Positions 20,327 to 30,425 of a DNA stretch of 64,000 nt are shown here, in pieces. The stretch's first letter is position 1. Every line of letters begins with the position of its first letter. Origin of the DNA: Candidatus Levyibacteriota bacterium (GTDB taxonomy: Bacteria; Patescibacteriota; Microgenomatia; Levybacterales; UBA12049); assembly GCA_003152105.1 (NCBI GenBank), contig PLZJ01000003.1:134899-198898 (forward strand), read 5' to 3'. The position numbers were made by a program, and so were the translations under genes. The notes beneath the pieces are model-generated. The model had not been told where the DNA came from, ran no database searches, and saw only the letters and a list, made by a program, of their open reading frames with translations.

Positions 20327-21826
20327 TTGATTATTATGTATAAAAGCCTCATATCAATAATTAAAAAACATATTGATCTGTTATTTATTGCTTTGGGTTT
20401 ATCTTTAGCACTCAGTTTAAGTCTATATTATCTTGGTAATAAAAGTTTATTTTTGGATGAAGTAGGTTCATTTACCATCACACAAAATTGGACGCACATG
20501 CAGAGCATTTTTAGAAATTCTGAAGGCAATATGTGGTTTTACTACATTCTTTTATACTTCTGGACTAGACTAGGCACGAGTGAAATTATATTAAGAAGTT
20601 TGTCTGCGATTTTTGCTATAGCAACAATTATTCCATTATTTTATCTTACAAAACATATTTTTGGGAATAGAACTGCACGTATCTCAATGATATTATTCCC
20701 AATCAATATTTTTTTTGTTAAGAATGCTCAGTTTGCTCGTGGATATAGTTTATTAATACTTCTTACCACTATCTCATCATATTTATTCTTGCTTTATGTT
20801 CATACATCTAAAAAACGCTACTTATTACTTTATATTATACTAAGCGTACTAAGTGTATATACTCATTTATTTGCTCTATTTGTAATTGCTTCACAATTAT
20901 TCTCTTTAATGTTTCTTCAAAATAAAAAATCTTGGAAATATTTTGCCGTAGCTTATGCTTTAATTCTCGTTTTAATAATACCTATATTTATTTCTCCTTC
21001 CATACATTCCCAGCAAATTAATTGGATAATGAAGCCTACATTAATTTATTTTGTGGGTATATATGCTATTTTATCCGGCGATTTTCTCCCGACTACTCTT
21101 ATATCGAGTTTATTGATCCTATGGTATTTATACTCTATCTGGAATCATGGTAAATTTAAATCTATTATTAATGATTATAATTTTAAATTTGTAGTGATAA
21201 GTTTTTTATTACCATGTATTGCTTCATTTATTTTTTCATTAACTGTAAAACCAATCCTTGTTTTGGAGTATTTAGTTATTTGTTTAGTACCTTTTATACT
21301 ATTACTATCGGCAGCCTTTGACACTATTTATGGTACAAGATTATTTAAAATTATATTGGTTTTATTTATTTTATTTTCCATTATACGTTTACATGGCTGG
21401 TATTCTGAAGATCAAAGATTTGCAGTTGCGATACCTAATAATACTGAGAATTGGAAAACTGCAGCTCAATTAGTTTCAAATTATGCAAAAAATAATGATG
21501 CGTATTTAGTTTTACCCACTTATTCGCTATCATGTTTTAACTATTATTATAATCAAGAAAATTTAAACACAAAAGTTACTGAACTAAAATTGATTATTAA
21601 TAATTCCTCAATCGAAGTTATCTCTAACAATCACATATCACCATTATCAACAATTTTTCAAAAGTATAAAAGGATATGGTATATGCAAGATGTAGTTGCC
21701 GGAGTTGGATACAATAAAATGGAATCAGATATTAATAAGTTATTAAATAAAAAGTATACGTTGATGAGTGGCGTAAAGTTCTTTAGATTAACTGTGTATC
21801 TTTATGAACTTAAGAAAAATAAGTAA
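20327..21826 (+). CDS. GT-C glycosyltransferase (GT39/GT83, PMT/ArnT-like)
   Basis: SLFLDE, YY.LL..W, SEIILRSLS, AQFARGYS, YTHLF; multi-TM. Confidence 0.82.
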   Translation: MIIMYKSLISIIKKHIDLLFIALGLSLALSLSLYYLGNKSLFLDEVGSFTITQNWTHMQSIFRNSEGNMWFYYILLYFWTRLGTSEIILRSLSAIFAIATIIPLFYLTKHIFGNRTARISMILFPINIFFVKNAQFARGYSLLILLTTISSYLFLLYVHTSKKRYLLLYIILSVLSVYTHLFALFVIASQLFSLMFLQNKKSWKYFAVAYALILVLIIPIFISPSIHSQQINWIMKPTLIYFVGIYAILSGDFLPTTLISSLLILWYLYSIWNHGKFKSIINDYNFKFVVISFLLPCIASFIFSLTVKPILVLEYLVICLVPFILLLSAAFDTIYGTRLFKIILVLFILFSIIRLHGWYSEDQRFAVAIPNNTENWKTAAQLVSNYAKNNDAYLVLPTYSLSCFNYYYNQENLNTKVTELKLIINNSSIEVISNNHISPLSTIFQKYKRIWYMQDVVAGVGYNKMESDINKLLNKKYTLMSGVKFFRLTVYLYELKKNK

Positions 21827-21832
21827 TACTAT

Positions 21833-22549
21833 TCAAAAGAATAAAATATTATGAGATATGAAATAGAAAGTTATTTGAAAAAGTAGATAAAATATCATCA
21901 CTAAATAAATATTTTTCCAGAAGAAATATAATAATGTGCCACAAAGTCCATAGAGTATAATTATTATTAGTTGTTCATTATTAGTAGTACTATGAAAAAA
22001 TCCATATAGTATTATCGTAAAGATAACTCCAGTTATTGGATTTATCAAGTTGCAAACTGCATTTTGTATTAGTCCTTGAAAATATAATGCTTCACTAACT
22101 GATGAAAGTAAGATAATTAAAGCTGACAAAAATAATGGTAAATTGCTATGAGGCAAATATAGCCCAGCTAAAATACCAAATAATACAGCATAAATCAAAC
22201 TTAAAATTATAAACTTAAATGATCTTAGGTGATAAAGCTTATTTTTTAAAGGTAAGAATGAATAAAATAGTTCAGAAATTATAAGAAGAGATGCGAAAAT
22301 AAATATATCTCTAACTATTAAAGATTGTATAAATAAAGATATAACAAATAATGACAAAAAAGGAATAACACTCAAGTAAGCAAATAGCACTTCTGCATAT
22401 AAATCAAAAATATCATAAATTGTTAAGAACAATAAAAGAATGACCATAGCTGATGTAACTAGTATTCCAACCTGAGGATATAAAACTAAATTAACCTGAG
22501 ATATAAAAAGGAGCGTGAAAACGCATATTAGTAAGTATAAGTGTTTCAT
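21833..22549 (-). CDS. CPBP (CAAX/Abi) family intramembrane metalloprotease, divergent
   Basis: SEALYFQGLIQ (EE motif partly altered), YGFFH; last His motif not evident. Confidence 0.65.
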   Translation of the reverse strand: MKHLYLLICVFTLLFISQVNLVLYPQVGILVTSAMVILLLFLTIYDIFDLYAEVLFAYLSVIPFLSLFVISLFIQSLIVRDIFIFASLLIISELFYSFLPLKNKLYHLRSFKFIILSLIYAVLFGILAGLYLPHSNLPLFLSALIILLSSVSEALYFQGLIQNAVCNLINPITGVIFTIILYGFFHSTTNNEQLIIIILYGLCGTLLYFFWKNIYLVMIFYLLFQITFYFISHNILFF

Positions 22550-22755
22550 GTCAAATGGTTCATTAAAAATAGGATAAAATAAAGTGAACAGGTTATTATT
22601 ACAGGGTATAAAAGCTTTCTAGCTCGTTGTATATTCTCAGTTTTATTAATTGAAGTAAATTCTAACAATAATAGGGCAAAAATCGTAATTAGTGTAATTG
22701 CAATTATAGCAAAATTACGTAAAACATATTCATAATTAAGGTAAGAAAAAAACAT
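22546..22755 (-). CDS. small two-TM protein of DUF2206/DUF1616/CPBP clusters
   Basis: TM-LLLEF-charged loop-L.PVI...FILF; overlaps the CPBP start by 4 nt. Confidence 0.6.
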   Translation of the reverse strand: MFFSYLNYEYVLRNFAIIAITLITIFALLLLEFTSINKTENIQRARKLLYPVIITCSLYFILFLMNHLT

Positions 22756-22906
22756 AATTTAATTATAGCAATAAACTGATAAATAAATATTAGCTATAAA
22801 TAGTTGAATGAAAATTATAAATTTATTTAAAAATAACTCAAAACATCCCAGTATAAAAGAATAGGATTAAGTTATATAATATTGATTACAAAATTATTAT
22901 GTTAAT

Positions 22907-23776
22907 ATGAAATTCTTAAAAACGATTGTGGTTATTCCTGTCGGTCCAACTTGTCAAGTTAACTTTATTTTAGATACTTTGAATAGCATTTATTATTATA
23001 TGAATCAAACTTCAACTAAGGTTATTTTGATAGACGATAGTCAAATCGAAACAGGAAAGTTGATTTCAAAAACTTATTCCAAAGTAGAGGTTTTAAAAAC
23101 TCCTTACAATAGAGGTAAAAATGCCGGCTTGTATTATTCATTAGCAGAAGGATTTAACTATGCTTATAAAAACTATAAATTTAAAGTATTATTAAGACTC
23201 GATACTGATGCTCTAATCATAGGGAAAAATCCAGAAAATAAAGCGATCGAATACTTTGAAAAGAATAAAAAAATTGGAATTTTAGGTTCTTATAAATATA
23301 GTTATAATGGTAGACTTCGTGATTTTTCATGGCCAGAACGACAATTAATTTTAGAAAGCTCAATACTCTCTTTGTTAAAAGGATTATATCGAATAAAAGG
23401 TATTTTAACTTTAAGGACAATTACTAAGCAGGCAAAGAAAAACGGTTATATTTTAGGCGAACATTGCATGGGTGGCGCATGTTTTTATAGCTACAACTGT
23501 ATTAAATCTCTATATGATAATAATTATTTACCCATAAAAAATATTCAATGGAGCAAATTGCAAGAAGATATGATTTTTGGATTACTTATTAAATCTATAG
23601 ATATACATATGCATGATTTTGTCCTTGGTAACGATACATTAGGAGTTAAGTGGAGAGGTTTACCGGATAAACCATCTGAATTAATTAAGAAAAAAAAGAT
23701 TATACATTCGACAAGGTTTTTTGAAGACATGGACGAAAAAGCTATTCGTGATTATTTTAAATCAAAAAGAAATTAG
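22907..23776 (+). CDS. putative GT-A fold glycosyltransferase
   Basis: VVIPVGP, LIDDS, RLDTDAL (DxD), MGG, LQED. Confidence 0.7.
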   Translation: MKFLKTIVVIPVGPTCQVNFILDTLNSIYYYMNQTSTKVILIDDSQIETGKLISKTYSKVEVLKTPYNRGKNAGLYYSLAEGFNYAYKNYKFKVLLRLDTDALIIGKNPENKAIEYFEKNKKIGILGSYKYSYNGRLRDFSWPERQLILESSILSLLKGLYRIKGILTLRTITKQAKKNGYILGEHCMGGACFYSYNCIKSLYDNNYLPIKNIQWSKLQEDMIFGLLIKSIDIHMHDFVLGNDTLGVKWRGLPDKPSELIKKKKIIHSTRFFEDMDEKAIRDYFKSKRN

Positions 23777-24460
23777 ATGAGAAACAAATTAAAGTCTACT
23801 TTTTATAATCCATTTGATTTTTCATCAAAACCTAATTGGTATTATGGATTATACCGAAAAGAGATGATTAAATATGTACCAAGAACGGCAAAAACAATAC
23901 TTGATGTTGGTTGCAGTAGTGGATTATTTGGAGCTCAATTAAAAAAAGTTTTAGGAGCCGAAGTATGGGGTATTGAATTAAATAAAGAATCTGCATTAAA
24001 AGCTAATGCTAAACTGAGTAAAGTTTTAATTGGAGATATTAATGAATTAATTAAGGACATTCCTGATTCATATTTTGATGCAGTAGTTTTCAATGATGTA
24101 TTAGAACATCTAGTTGATCCCTTTGAAGTACTGTTAAAAATGAAAAAAAAACTTGCTCCTGAAGGTGTAATTGTATGTTCTCTACCAAATATCAGATACA
24201 TAGTAACGTTAAAGCGTTTATTAATCAATAAGCAGTGGAAGTACGAAGACAGTGGAATTATGGATAAAACTCACTTAAGGTTTTTCACTCTTAATAGTAT
24301 TAAGTATATGTTTAAGTCTCTAAATTTTGAGATATTAAAAATTGAAGGTATTAACTCAATTAATTTATGGTTTGTACCATTATTAATCATAATTACATTT
24401 GGATATTTTTCTGATACTAAATATCAAGAATTTGCCTGCGTAGTAAAACCATCTTCGTAA
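23777..24460 (+). CDS. class I SAM-dependent methyltransferase (glycan-associated)
   Basis: ILDVGCSSG, FNDVLEHLVDP, SLPN, GIMDKTHLRFFT. Confidence 0.9.
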   Translation: MRNKLKSTFYNPFDFSSKPNWYYGLYRKEMIKYVPRTAKTILDVGCSSGLFGAQLKKVLGAEVWGIELNKESALKANAKLSKVLIGDINELIKDIPDSYFDAVVFNDVLEHLVDPFEVLLKMKKKLAPEGVIVCSLPNIRYIVTLKRLLINKQWKYEDSGIMDKTHLRFFTLNSIKYMFKSLNFEILKIEGINSINLWFVPLLIIITFGYFSDTKYQEFACVVKPSS

Positions 24461-24502
24461 ATTAAGTAGTTTATTAATAACATATAAATATATGCTAAAA
24501 TA

Positions 24503-26029
24503 GTGCTAGTGAACACTGATATTGCATTGGGAAAACAAGTAAACCAAATTAAGATCGAGAATAAGATAAACAGAAATGTTTATTTGTTAATTACTCTTAC
24601 TTGCTTATTATTTATAATAGTCTTTGCTTTAATATTAGTGAAATTATTGTTTCGTAAACCCTCGGAGCAGCTATATTTAGCTTCTACTTCTCAAAGTCAA
24701 GCATCTATTAACACAAGTAAATTTCCAAATTTAAATCCCTCAAAGCCTTATTACGGAGTAAATGTTGATATGGATCAACTTATTCCAGGATCTAGCAATT
24801 ATTCCATAAACGCGAAAGGCGAGGATTATATAGATATAGCACATCATTTAGGAATAAATCTCTTCCGTATAGATAATGCTATAAGAGGATTTCCGGGAAA
24901 TACTATTTATTCTGAAGCACAATGGAATTATGTACTTGGTAAAATGCAAAAAAATGGAATAAAGGCAATTATACTTATTGAAGGAGTGGATGGTGATGCA
25001 AATCTAAAATCTGATAATATAAATAACGCGTATCTGAACTTCATTCAAAAATATATTATAGATTCTAATGTTGGATATAATTCAGATGTAATAGGTATTG
25101 ATTTAAAAAACGAACCTACATTATCTACTAACAATGTATTATATTTAAAACAAGCAACACAATTAGTTAAAAATAAATACTCTAAAATGCCAGTCTGTGT
25201 AGGGGGTTGGAGAATTGATACTGGGAAGAAAAAAAATGATGGAACTCGTTATTATATTTACAATCAACCTCTTGATGCATCATCACTTTCATCAATAGTA
25301 GATTTCTATTGTGTTCATGTTTATCATTTTGATGAAAAAGACTCTCATGGTAATTATCCCGACCCAACAACATTAACAACAAATTATCTACAACAAATAT
25401 CATCAGTATCAAAGAATAAACCCATATTAATTGAAGAATTTGGTGCAGCAAATAATACTACTATTACTGATCAGGAAACACTTGGAAGTGCTCAAGAACA
25501 AGCAAATGTTTACAACGGCGTATATCAATCAATTATTAAAAATAGAGCTATCAATGTTATTGGTTCTACGGCATATTTATTTGCACCTAGGGGTTCTATA
25601 CCTGATAGCTGGGCAATCTTAAGTAAAAATGGTAATGATATTGATTTCGCAGCTTATGTTTTGCAAAAATATTCTTTAGACAAGTCTGACATATCTCTTT
25701 CATTACCATTTAAAAATATTCCGCAAACATATATATATAAAAATAATACTAGTGGTTCAACACAAACTGTAAAAATAGATGGTAGTATAGGTTTAGTTCT
25801 ACAACTACCTAAATATTATAAATATGTTGGGTTACTATCTTCTAAAAATTTAGCTAATCTTAATGAGGCAGTTCAATTTGATTCAAAAAACAATAATTAT
25901 GATACTGTTATTTATGCAGCTCATTTAGGAATAGTTAAATTTATAGTTTATAATAATCCACTTTGTACATTTGGAAATAGCAACTGTATAAATAATATAG
26001 TTTATTCGATAACTCTCAACATTAAATAA
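24503..26029 (+). CDS. membrane-anchored clan GH-A glycoside hydrolase (GH5-like)
   Basis: TM anchor; YGVN, LGINLFR, DLKNEP, VDFYCVHVY, KPILIEEFG. Confidence 0.78.
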   Translation: MLVNTDIALGKQVNQIKIENKINRNVYLLITLTCLLFIIVFALILVKLLFRKPSEQLYLASTSQSQASINTSKFPNLNPSKPYYGVNVDMDQLIPGSSNYSINAKGEDYIDIAHHLGINLFRIDNAIRGFPGNTIYSEAQWNYVLGKMQKNGIKAIILIEGVDGDANLKSDNINNAYLNFIQKYIIDSNVGYNSDVIGIDLKNEPTLSTNNVLYLKQATQLVKNKYSKMPVCVGGWRIDTGKKKNDGTRYYIYNQPLDASSLSSIVDFYCVHVYHFDEKDSHGNYPDPTTLTTNYLQQISSVSKNKPILIEEFGAANNTTITDQETLGSAQEQANVYNGVYQSIIKNRAINVIGSTAYLFAPRGSIPDSWAILSKNGNDIDFAAYVLQKYSLDKSDISLSLPFKNIPQTYIYKNNTSGSTQTVKIDGSIGLVLQLPKYYKYVGLLSSKNLANLNEAVQFDSKNNNYDTVIYAAHLGIVKFIVYNNPLCTFGNSNCINNIVYSITLNIK

Positions 26030-26049
26030 CTAAATAATATTATTGTTAT

Positions 26050-27207
26050 TTATTGCACTTTTTGTTGACTTATTAACAAAATTGGTATAATTTCTCCCAG
26101 ATTTATTATTTTATTAGCTTGATGATAAGCAAAAGTATTGTCTGAATTATTCTTGGTATCAAAAACCTTCCCTGCTAAATAATATTCTCCTTGTTCAGTT
26201 TGATTACTTTGTTGTGTGTATATAATTTCATTACCTTTCCATAAGTAAGGAATAAGCGTGGCGCTGTCTGTTGCTGTATAGAGAGTTTGAGTTTCACCGT
26301 TTTGTAAATTTAGCGTCATTAGCTTATCTTTGAAACTAGTTAATGCAATGTTTTTCGTTAAATCAGAAGGAAAAATAAGTAATTGTAATTGCTTTAAAGT
26401 GGAATCAGAGATATTAATTTGACTTGAAACTTGTTGTGTAAATTTTTGACTAAACAGTCCATTATAAGTTTGATAATAGAGTGTATTTGTTTCACTATTA
26501 CAATATATATTAGCTATATTTGCAACCGGTGTGGTAAAAATTCTTGTTGCAGTTTTTTTCTCAAGAGAAAATAAGTATAAGTGGCCTAATTGGGTTTGAA
26601 AAATTACACTAGTTTCATAATGTGACCAACAAATTGGTTGTGGATTACTTCCTAATTCTTGTATGTAAGGGATTTCTTGCGGGGTTGAACTAGAAATAGT
26701 TTGTAGTTGAAATTCTGAAGTATTTTGTTTTGTATTAGGATCAATCACTTTTGTAACAAATATGGCTTTTGAATTGCTAGGAGACACAGTAAGTGGCAAT
26801 GATGTTGTTTCAACAGGATATAAAAAATGACTAACAAGATTTAAATTTGCTGCGGAAGTAGTATTTTGAAGGTACAAATGTGAATTAAATATCGAAAATG
26901 ATGTATATGGAGTTTGATTTGGTTTGGTTTCATATGCTCCATAAATTCCTTGTTGCGAATTGGATTCGATTGTATATTGATAGAGTCTATCAAACGAATT
27001 GTTGTAATCATAATAGAGGAATGTTGTTTGTGGGGTAGGAGTAGGAGTTACAGTTATGGTTGGAACTTTTGAAGTAGATATTTTAGGTAAATGCGGCTTT
27101 TGTCCCATTAAAATAGACAGGCCAAATACCAATATAATACCTACTACAGCCAAAAATGTTGCATGAAAATGACGAGTAAACATATGGGTATTATATCTCA
27201 TTACCAC
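26050..27207 (-). CDS. exported hypothetical protein, possible beta-propeller
   Basis: N-terminal TM, TPTPTP linker, repeated beta-rich units (VSPSNSKAIF, ICWSH, YLWKG). Confidence 0.6.
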   Translation of the reverse strand: MVMRYNTHMFTRHFHATFLAVVGIILVFGLSILMGQKPHLPKISTSKVPTITVTPTPTPQTTFLYYDYNNSFDRLYQYTIESNSQQGIYGAYETKPNQTPYTSFSIFNSHLYLQNTTSAANLNLVSHFLYPVETTSLPLTVSPSNSKAIFVTKVIDPNTKQNTSEFQLQTISSSTPQEIPYIQELGSNPQPICWSHYETSVIFQTQLGHLYLFSLEKKTATRIFTTPVANIANIYCNSETNTLYYQTYNGLFSQKFTQQVSSQINISDSTLKQLQLLIFPSDLTKNIALTSFKDKLMTLNLQNGETQTLYTATDSATLIPYLWKGNEIIYTQQSNQTEQGEYYLAGKVFDTKNNSDNTFAYHQANKIINLGEIIPILLISQQKVQ

Positions 27208-27255
27208 AAAATATTCGAATAATTAGAATATCAGTAGATTTAAGTAAGTTTTCTA

Positions 27256-27723
27256 TTACGAAACTTTATGAAGATTTCTTTTTCGCATTAAAAAGAATGT
27301 CCCAATAGCTAAGAATCCTGCAATTGCACCAAGTGTTGTGCTGAATTCTGGAACTGAGAAATTAACTACTGCAAAGTTTATAACAAGTGAATCAGTTGTT
27401 ACTAAATTATTGACACTTGCAGATCCACCACCGGATTGAGACCCTTTGGTACCAGTAACTGAAACAGTTTTTCCAATGACGCACCCGTCGGATTCTGGAA
27501 TTGAAAAACCATAGCTTCCATTTGATAGAGTAGTAGTACTGTGTGAAAACCCGTTACAGGTTTCTGTTACGGATACTCCTGAATCAACGTGATTTGTTGC
27601 ATCTTTCACAACACCTGTAATAGTAGTTATTACTTGTGGTCCTGCGGCAAAAGTTGAAAGAGGAAAAGCAAGCGATGCAATTATAAGACCTGCAGTTGGA
27701 AGTAGTGATTTTTTAAGTGTCAT
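27256..27723 (-). CDS. secreted protein with Ig/carboxypeptidase-regulatory-like domain and PEF-CTERM sorting signal
   Basis: Signal peptide ending TFAA; ITGVVKDA...SGVSV...TTLSNGSYGF; C-terminal VPEF + TM + MRKR. Confidence 0.85.
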   Translation of the reverse strand: MTLKKSLLPTAGLIIASLAFPLSTFAAGPQVITTITGVVKDATNHVDSGVSVTETCNGFSHSTTTLSNGSYGFSIPESDGCVIGKTVSVTGTKGSQSGGGSASVNNLVTTDSLVINFAVVNFSVPEFSTTLGAIAGFLAIGTFFLMRKRNLHKVS

Positions 27724-27735
27724 TTTGATTTACTT

Positions 27736-27764
27736 AATGTACTAAACTATTAATGCTGTGTCAA
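27736..27764 (-). promoter_or_regulatory. sigma70-type promoter of the PEF-CTERM gene
   Basis: Minus strand TTGACA-17 nt-TACATT, 12 nt before the ATG. Confidence 0.65.
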
Positions 27765-27819
27765 TGACCAAAATAGAATGAGATTAGTAGTTAATTGTGA
27801 AAAGGAATTGTGAAATTAT

Positions 27820-28164
27820 TTATACTCTAATAAGCGGTTTTGGTGAAACAATTGTTTGCGTTTTTAGTTTTGTATTTTCAAGTTCAAGCTCTCGAATTTT
27901 TTGTTGTTGCTCAAGTTCAATTTTCTTGCTTTTTTTAATAGTTGAATCTTTGCCTCGTAGAATTGACCAAGAAGAAAATAACTGGGTCATATGAATAATA
28001 CTTCCAATAAGTAGTCCAATAAGCATTGATGCTATAACGACTACATATAATGGGAGTGCAAAAAAAGTGATTGGTAAAAATTTAACTACAGTAATAGCTG
28101 TATTTTGAGTAGCAAAAAAAGCAAATAAAAGTCCGAATGCTACTGTAAGCAATAATCCAAGCAT
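27820..28164 (-). CDS. LapA/DUF1049 family membrane protein
   Basis: FATQNT..V.F......PLY.V...S.L.G pattern followed by a coiled coil. Confidence 0.78.
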   Translation of the reverse strand: MLGLLLTVAFGLLFAFFATQNTAITVVKFLPITFFALPLYVVVIASMLIGLLIGSIIHMTQLFSSWSILRGKDSTIKKSKKIELEQQQKIRELELENTKLKTQTIVSPKPLIRV

Positions 28165-28302
28165 GTACTTAGTATAAGAGGGGAATATAAGGAGGCAGTG
28201 ATAATAGCGTAAGGAATATGCAAGAGCTTAAACATTTCAATAAAGATAATGAGCAATGAATCGCACAATATTTATAATAATAGCATCTAAAAAAGCAAGA
28301 AA

Positions 28303-29499
28303 CTAAGGAAGGCTTGAAAAAAGATTAATTGTTTTATTTACTTCAAGAAGTGGAGTGGAAACATCTTCAGATAAATAGTGCAGCGACCCATGCAACGGAT
28401 ATATATCTGCATTATCAAACGCCTCATCAATTCGTGAATTTGCAAATAATACTTCCGCTGTATTTATGTCACCCGTTGAAAATGCAGTTGCGACGTTATT
28501 GTCATGTAGCCGCATACTGTCTACGATATAGACGACCTTTTTTTCACCATCACGAAGCTCTACTTCAGCAGGTGAAATGGGGTAAAACATATCTCGTGTT
28601 ATTTCAAGTGGCGTAACAAAAAGATTGTTTTGATCGGCACCGATTAAGCGCTGCTTATATTCTATTTCTTTTTTCCCACCGTGCTCTCTTCCTGTATATG
28701 TTTGTCCATGCATAAACGTCATCCATAATCCATTTCGTTTGACAAACGATCCTCCAATACCCGTTTTTACATTATTAAATCCATCAATAATCGGAAAACA
28801 TACTTCATCAAGTTTTATTGGACTATCTGGAAATTCATCTTGTACGTGATACACACTAAATCTGTTCGTATTACCTTGTGCTAGATTATCTTCACGAACC
28901 ATAAAAATAGCACTGTCTGCTGTAGCAGATAAAATCATGGTGTTTTTTCCAATAATACTTCGCATTACAACTGGCGGCTTTGCAATTACCATACCATCTT
29001 TGTCTTTATATATGCGAACAATCATTGGGTGATATTCAGTTGACTGGTTTGGTGGTACGGCAGTTCCTCCAGATACTGATTCGATTGTCCCATCAGGTCC
29101 AACGAGCGTTATACCATCTCGTAAATCTTCGTAGTTCCAAAGCTCCTCAGGAGACTTAGAACGATCTGGCATGCTTCCAGTTGGATCTGGGATAATAAGG
29201 GGCCCTACATCTACACCTGAGCAGGTACGAATTCGATACTCATTATAATCAACTCCATCCTCAACTGTGCCCAAATTGATAATTTGTCTGGCTAAATACA
29301 ATCCAATACCACTATGGTAACTTGCGTTAAACGCGTCCCCAAAAAGCATACGAGCTTGTATCCTATCTCCAATAACAACACTCTTTCCAACATATCCTCT
29401 GGAGATTTCAAGTTTTTCTTGCGTGGTTAAAGAAGGAGTTGGATTTATTCCAACTTCAATAGGAGAAAATGTAGAACCTGTTTCTTGCAAAACTGGCAT
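28303..29499 (-). CDS. divergent GH130-like five-bladed propeller glycosidase/phosphorylase
   Basis: NYEDLR, GKN..I, KTGIGG...W..FMHG....Y, E...G.KKVVY, STGD resemble GH130 motifs. Confidence 0.5.
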   Translation of the reverse strand: MPVLQETGSTFSPIEVGINPTPSLTTQEKLEISRGYVGKSVVIGDRIQARMLFGDAFNASYHSGIGLYLARQIINLGTVEDGVDYNEYRIRTCSGVDVGPLIIPDPTGSMPDRSKSPEELWNYEDLRDGITLVGPDGTIESVSGGTAVPPNQSTEYHPMIVRIYKDKDGMVIAKPPVVMRSIIGKNTMILSATADSAIFMVREDNLAQGNTNRFSVYHVQDEFPDSPIKLDEVCFPIIDGFNNVKTGIGGSFVKRNGLWMTFMHGQTYTGREHGGKKEIEYKQRLIGADQNNLFVTPLEITRDMFYPISPAEVELRDGEKKVVYIVDSMRLHDNNVATAFSTGDINTAEVLFANSRIDEAFDNADIYPLHGSLHYLSEDVSTPLLEVNKTINLFSSLP

Positions 29500-29593
29500 A
29501 TTTCCTTGTATATCTAAGGTTGATACAACCTGATGAGTTTGTCAATAAGAAAAGGGGATCAAATACAATTTAAGGCACGCCAACTCTTTTTAT

Positions 29594-30322
29594 CTAGTAG
29601 CCTAATTTTTGTGCTTCTTCATATGAAACTTTATAATACCGCTCTGCAAGTTGTGCTCCTAAATAAACAAAATGAGGATTTCTGTAACTTGGGAATAGGG
29701 GAATCATAGGTTCTTTATCTGATTCTGGATTATATGAGTCCGTTACGTGTTCAACAAGCGAATATCCGCTTAATCCTTTGTGGTCTTGTAAAAACGTTCT
29801 TGCCTTAACAGCAAGATCAAGCAGTCGCACATCTTGATTTATCGTACCTTCTGTATGAGTAACTTGTGCTTCTTGATTTAATTCATCGTTTAATGTTCCA
29901 TTTAGTAATGCCTCTCCAAGTGCAAGTGGCAGTCGAACCATATCAATTCCATAGGAAAAATCTGAGCTAGAAACTGCATAGGGCATATCATTTGAATGGA
30001 ATATATGACCAATCATCATTTCTTGCACCAACTGCTGATCTCTAACCATCGCTGTTGCAATTTCTCGAGTTGATGGTGGACGTCCTAATTTACTAAATTC
30101 ATCATTTCGAAGTACTTCTAGACCAGATTCTCTAAATAATTCTGGGTATCTAAGTGGAAATGACAAGGTATTTTGGCATCGTGCCAGTAGCAAATCGGTC
30201 ACTCTTCTAAAATCTTTGTTACTAATATCTGCACTTTGTTGCTGTTCACGAACAAACAAACTTGTCCGCGACGTATCAAGGTGCGTTTGCTCTAAGTCTC
30301 TCCAAGAAGAATCACGTTCCAT
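29594..30322 (-). CDS. hypothetical protein
   Basis: 242-aa ORF with a TATAAT hexamer 10 nt upstream; no family recognised. Confidence 0.65.
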   Translation of the reverse strand: MERDSSWRDLEQTHLDTSRTSLFVREQQQSADISNKDFRRVTDLLLARCQNTLSFPLRYPELFRESGLEVLRNDEFSKLGRPPSTREIATAMVRDQQLVQEMMIGHIFHSNDMPYAVSSSDFSYGIDMVRLPLALGEALLNGTLNDELNQEAQVTHTEGTINQDVRLLDLAVKARTFLQDHKGLSGYSLVEHVTDSYNPESDKEPMIPLFPSYRNPHFVYLGAQLAERYYKVSYEEAQKLGY

Positions 30323-30425
30323 ATAAGATGCTATTATAGTATAAATGCTATAGGATTACAAATGAGGCCATATTATTATGTAAGGCAATAGCTAACATGA
30401 GTTACTACTTCTCCTAATACTTAGG

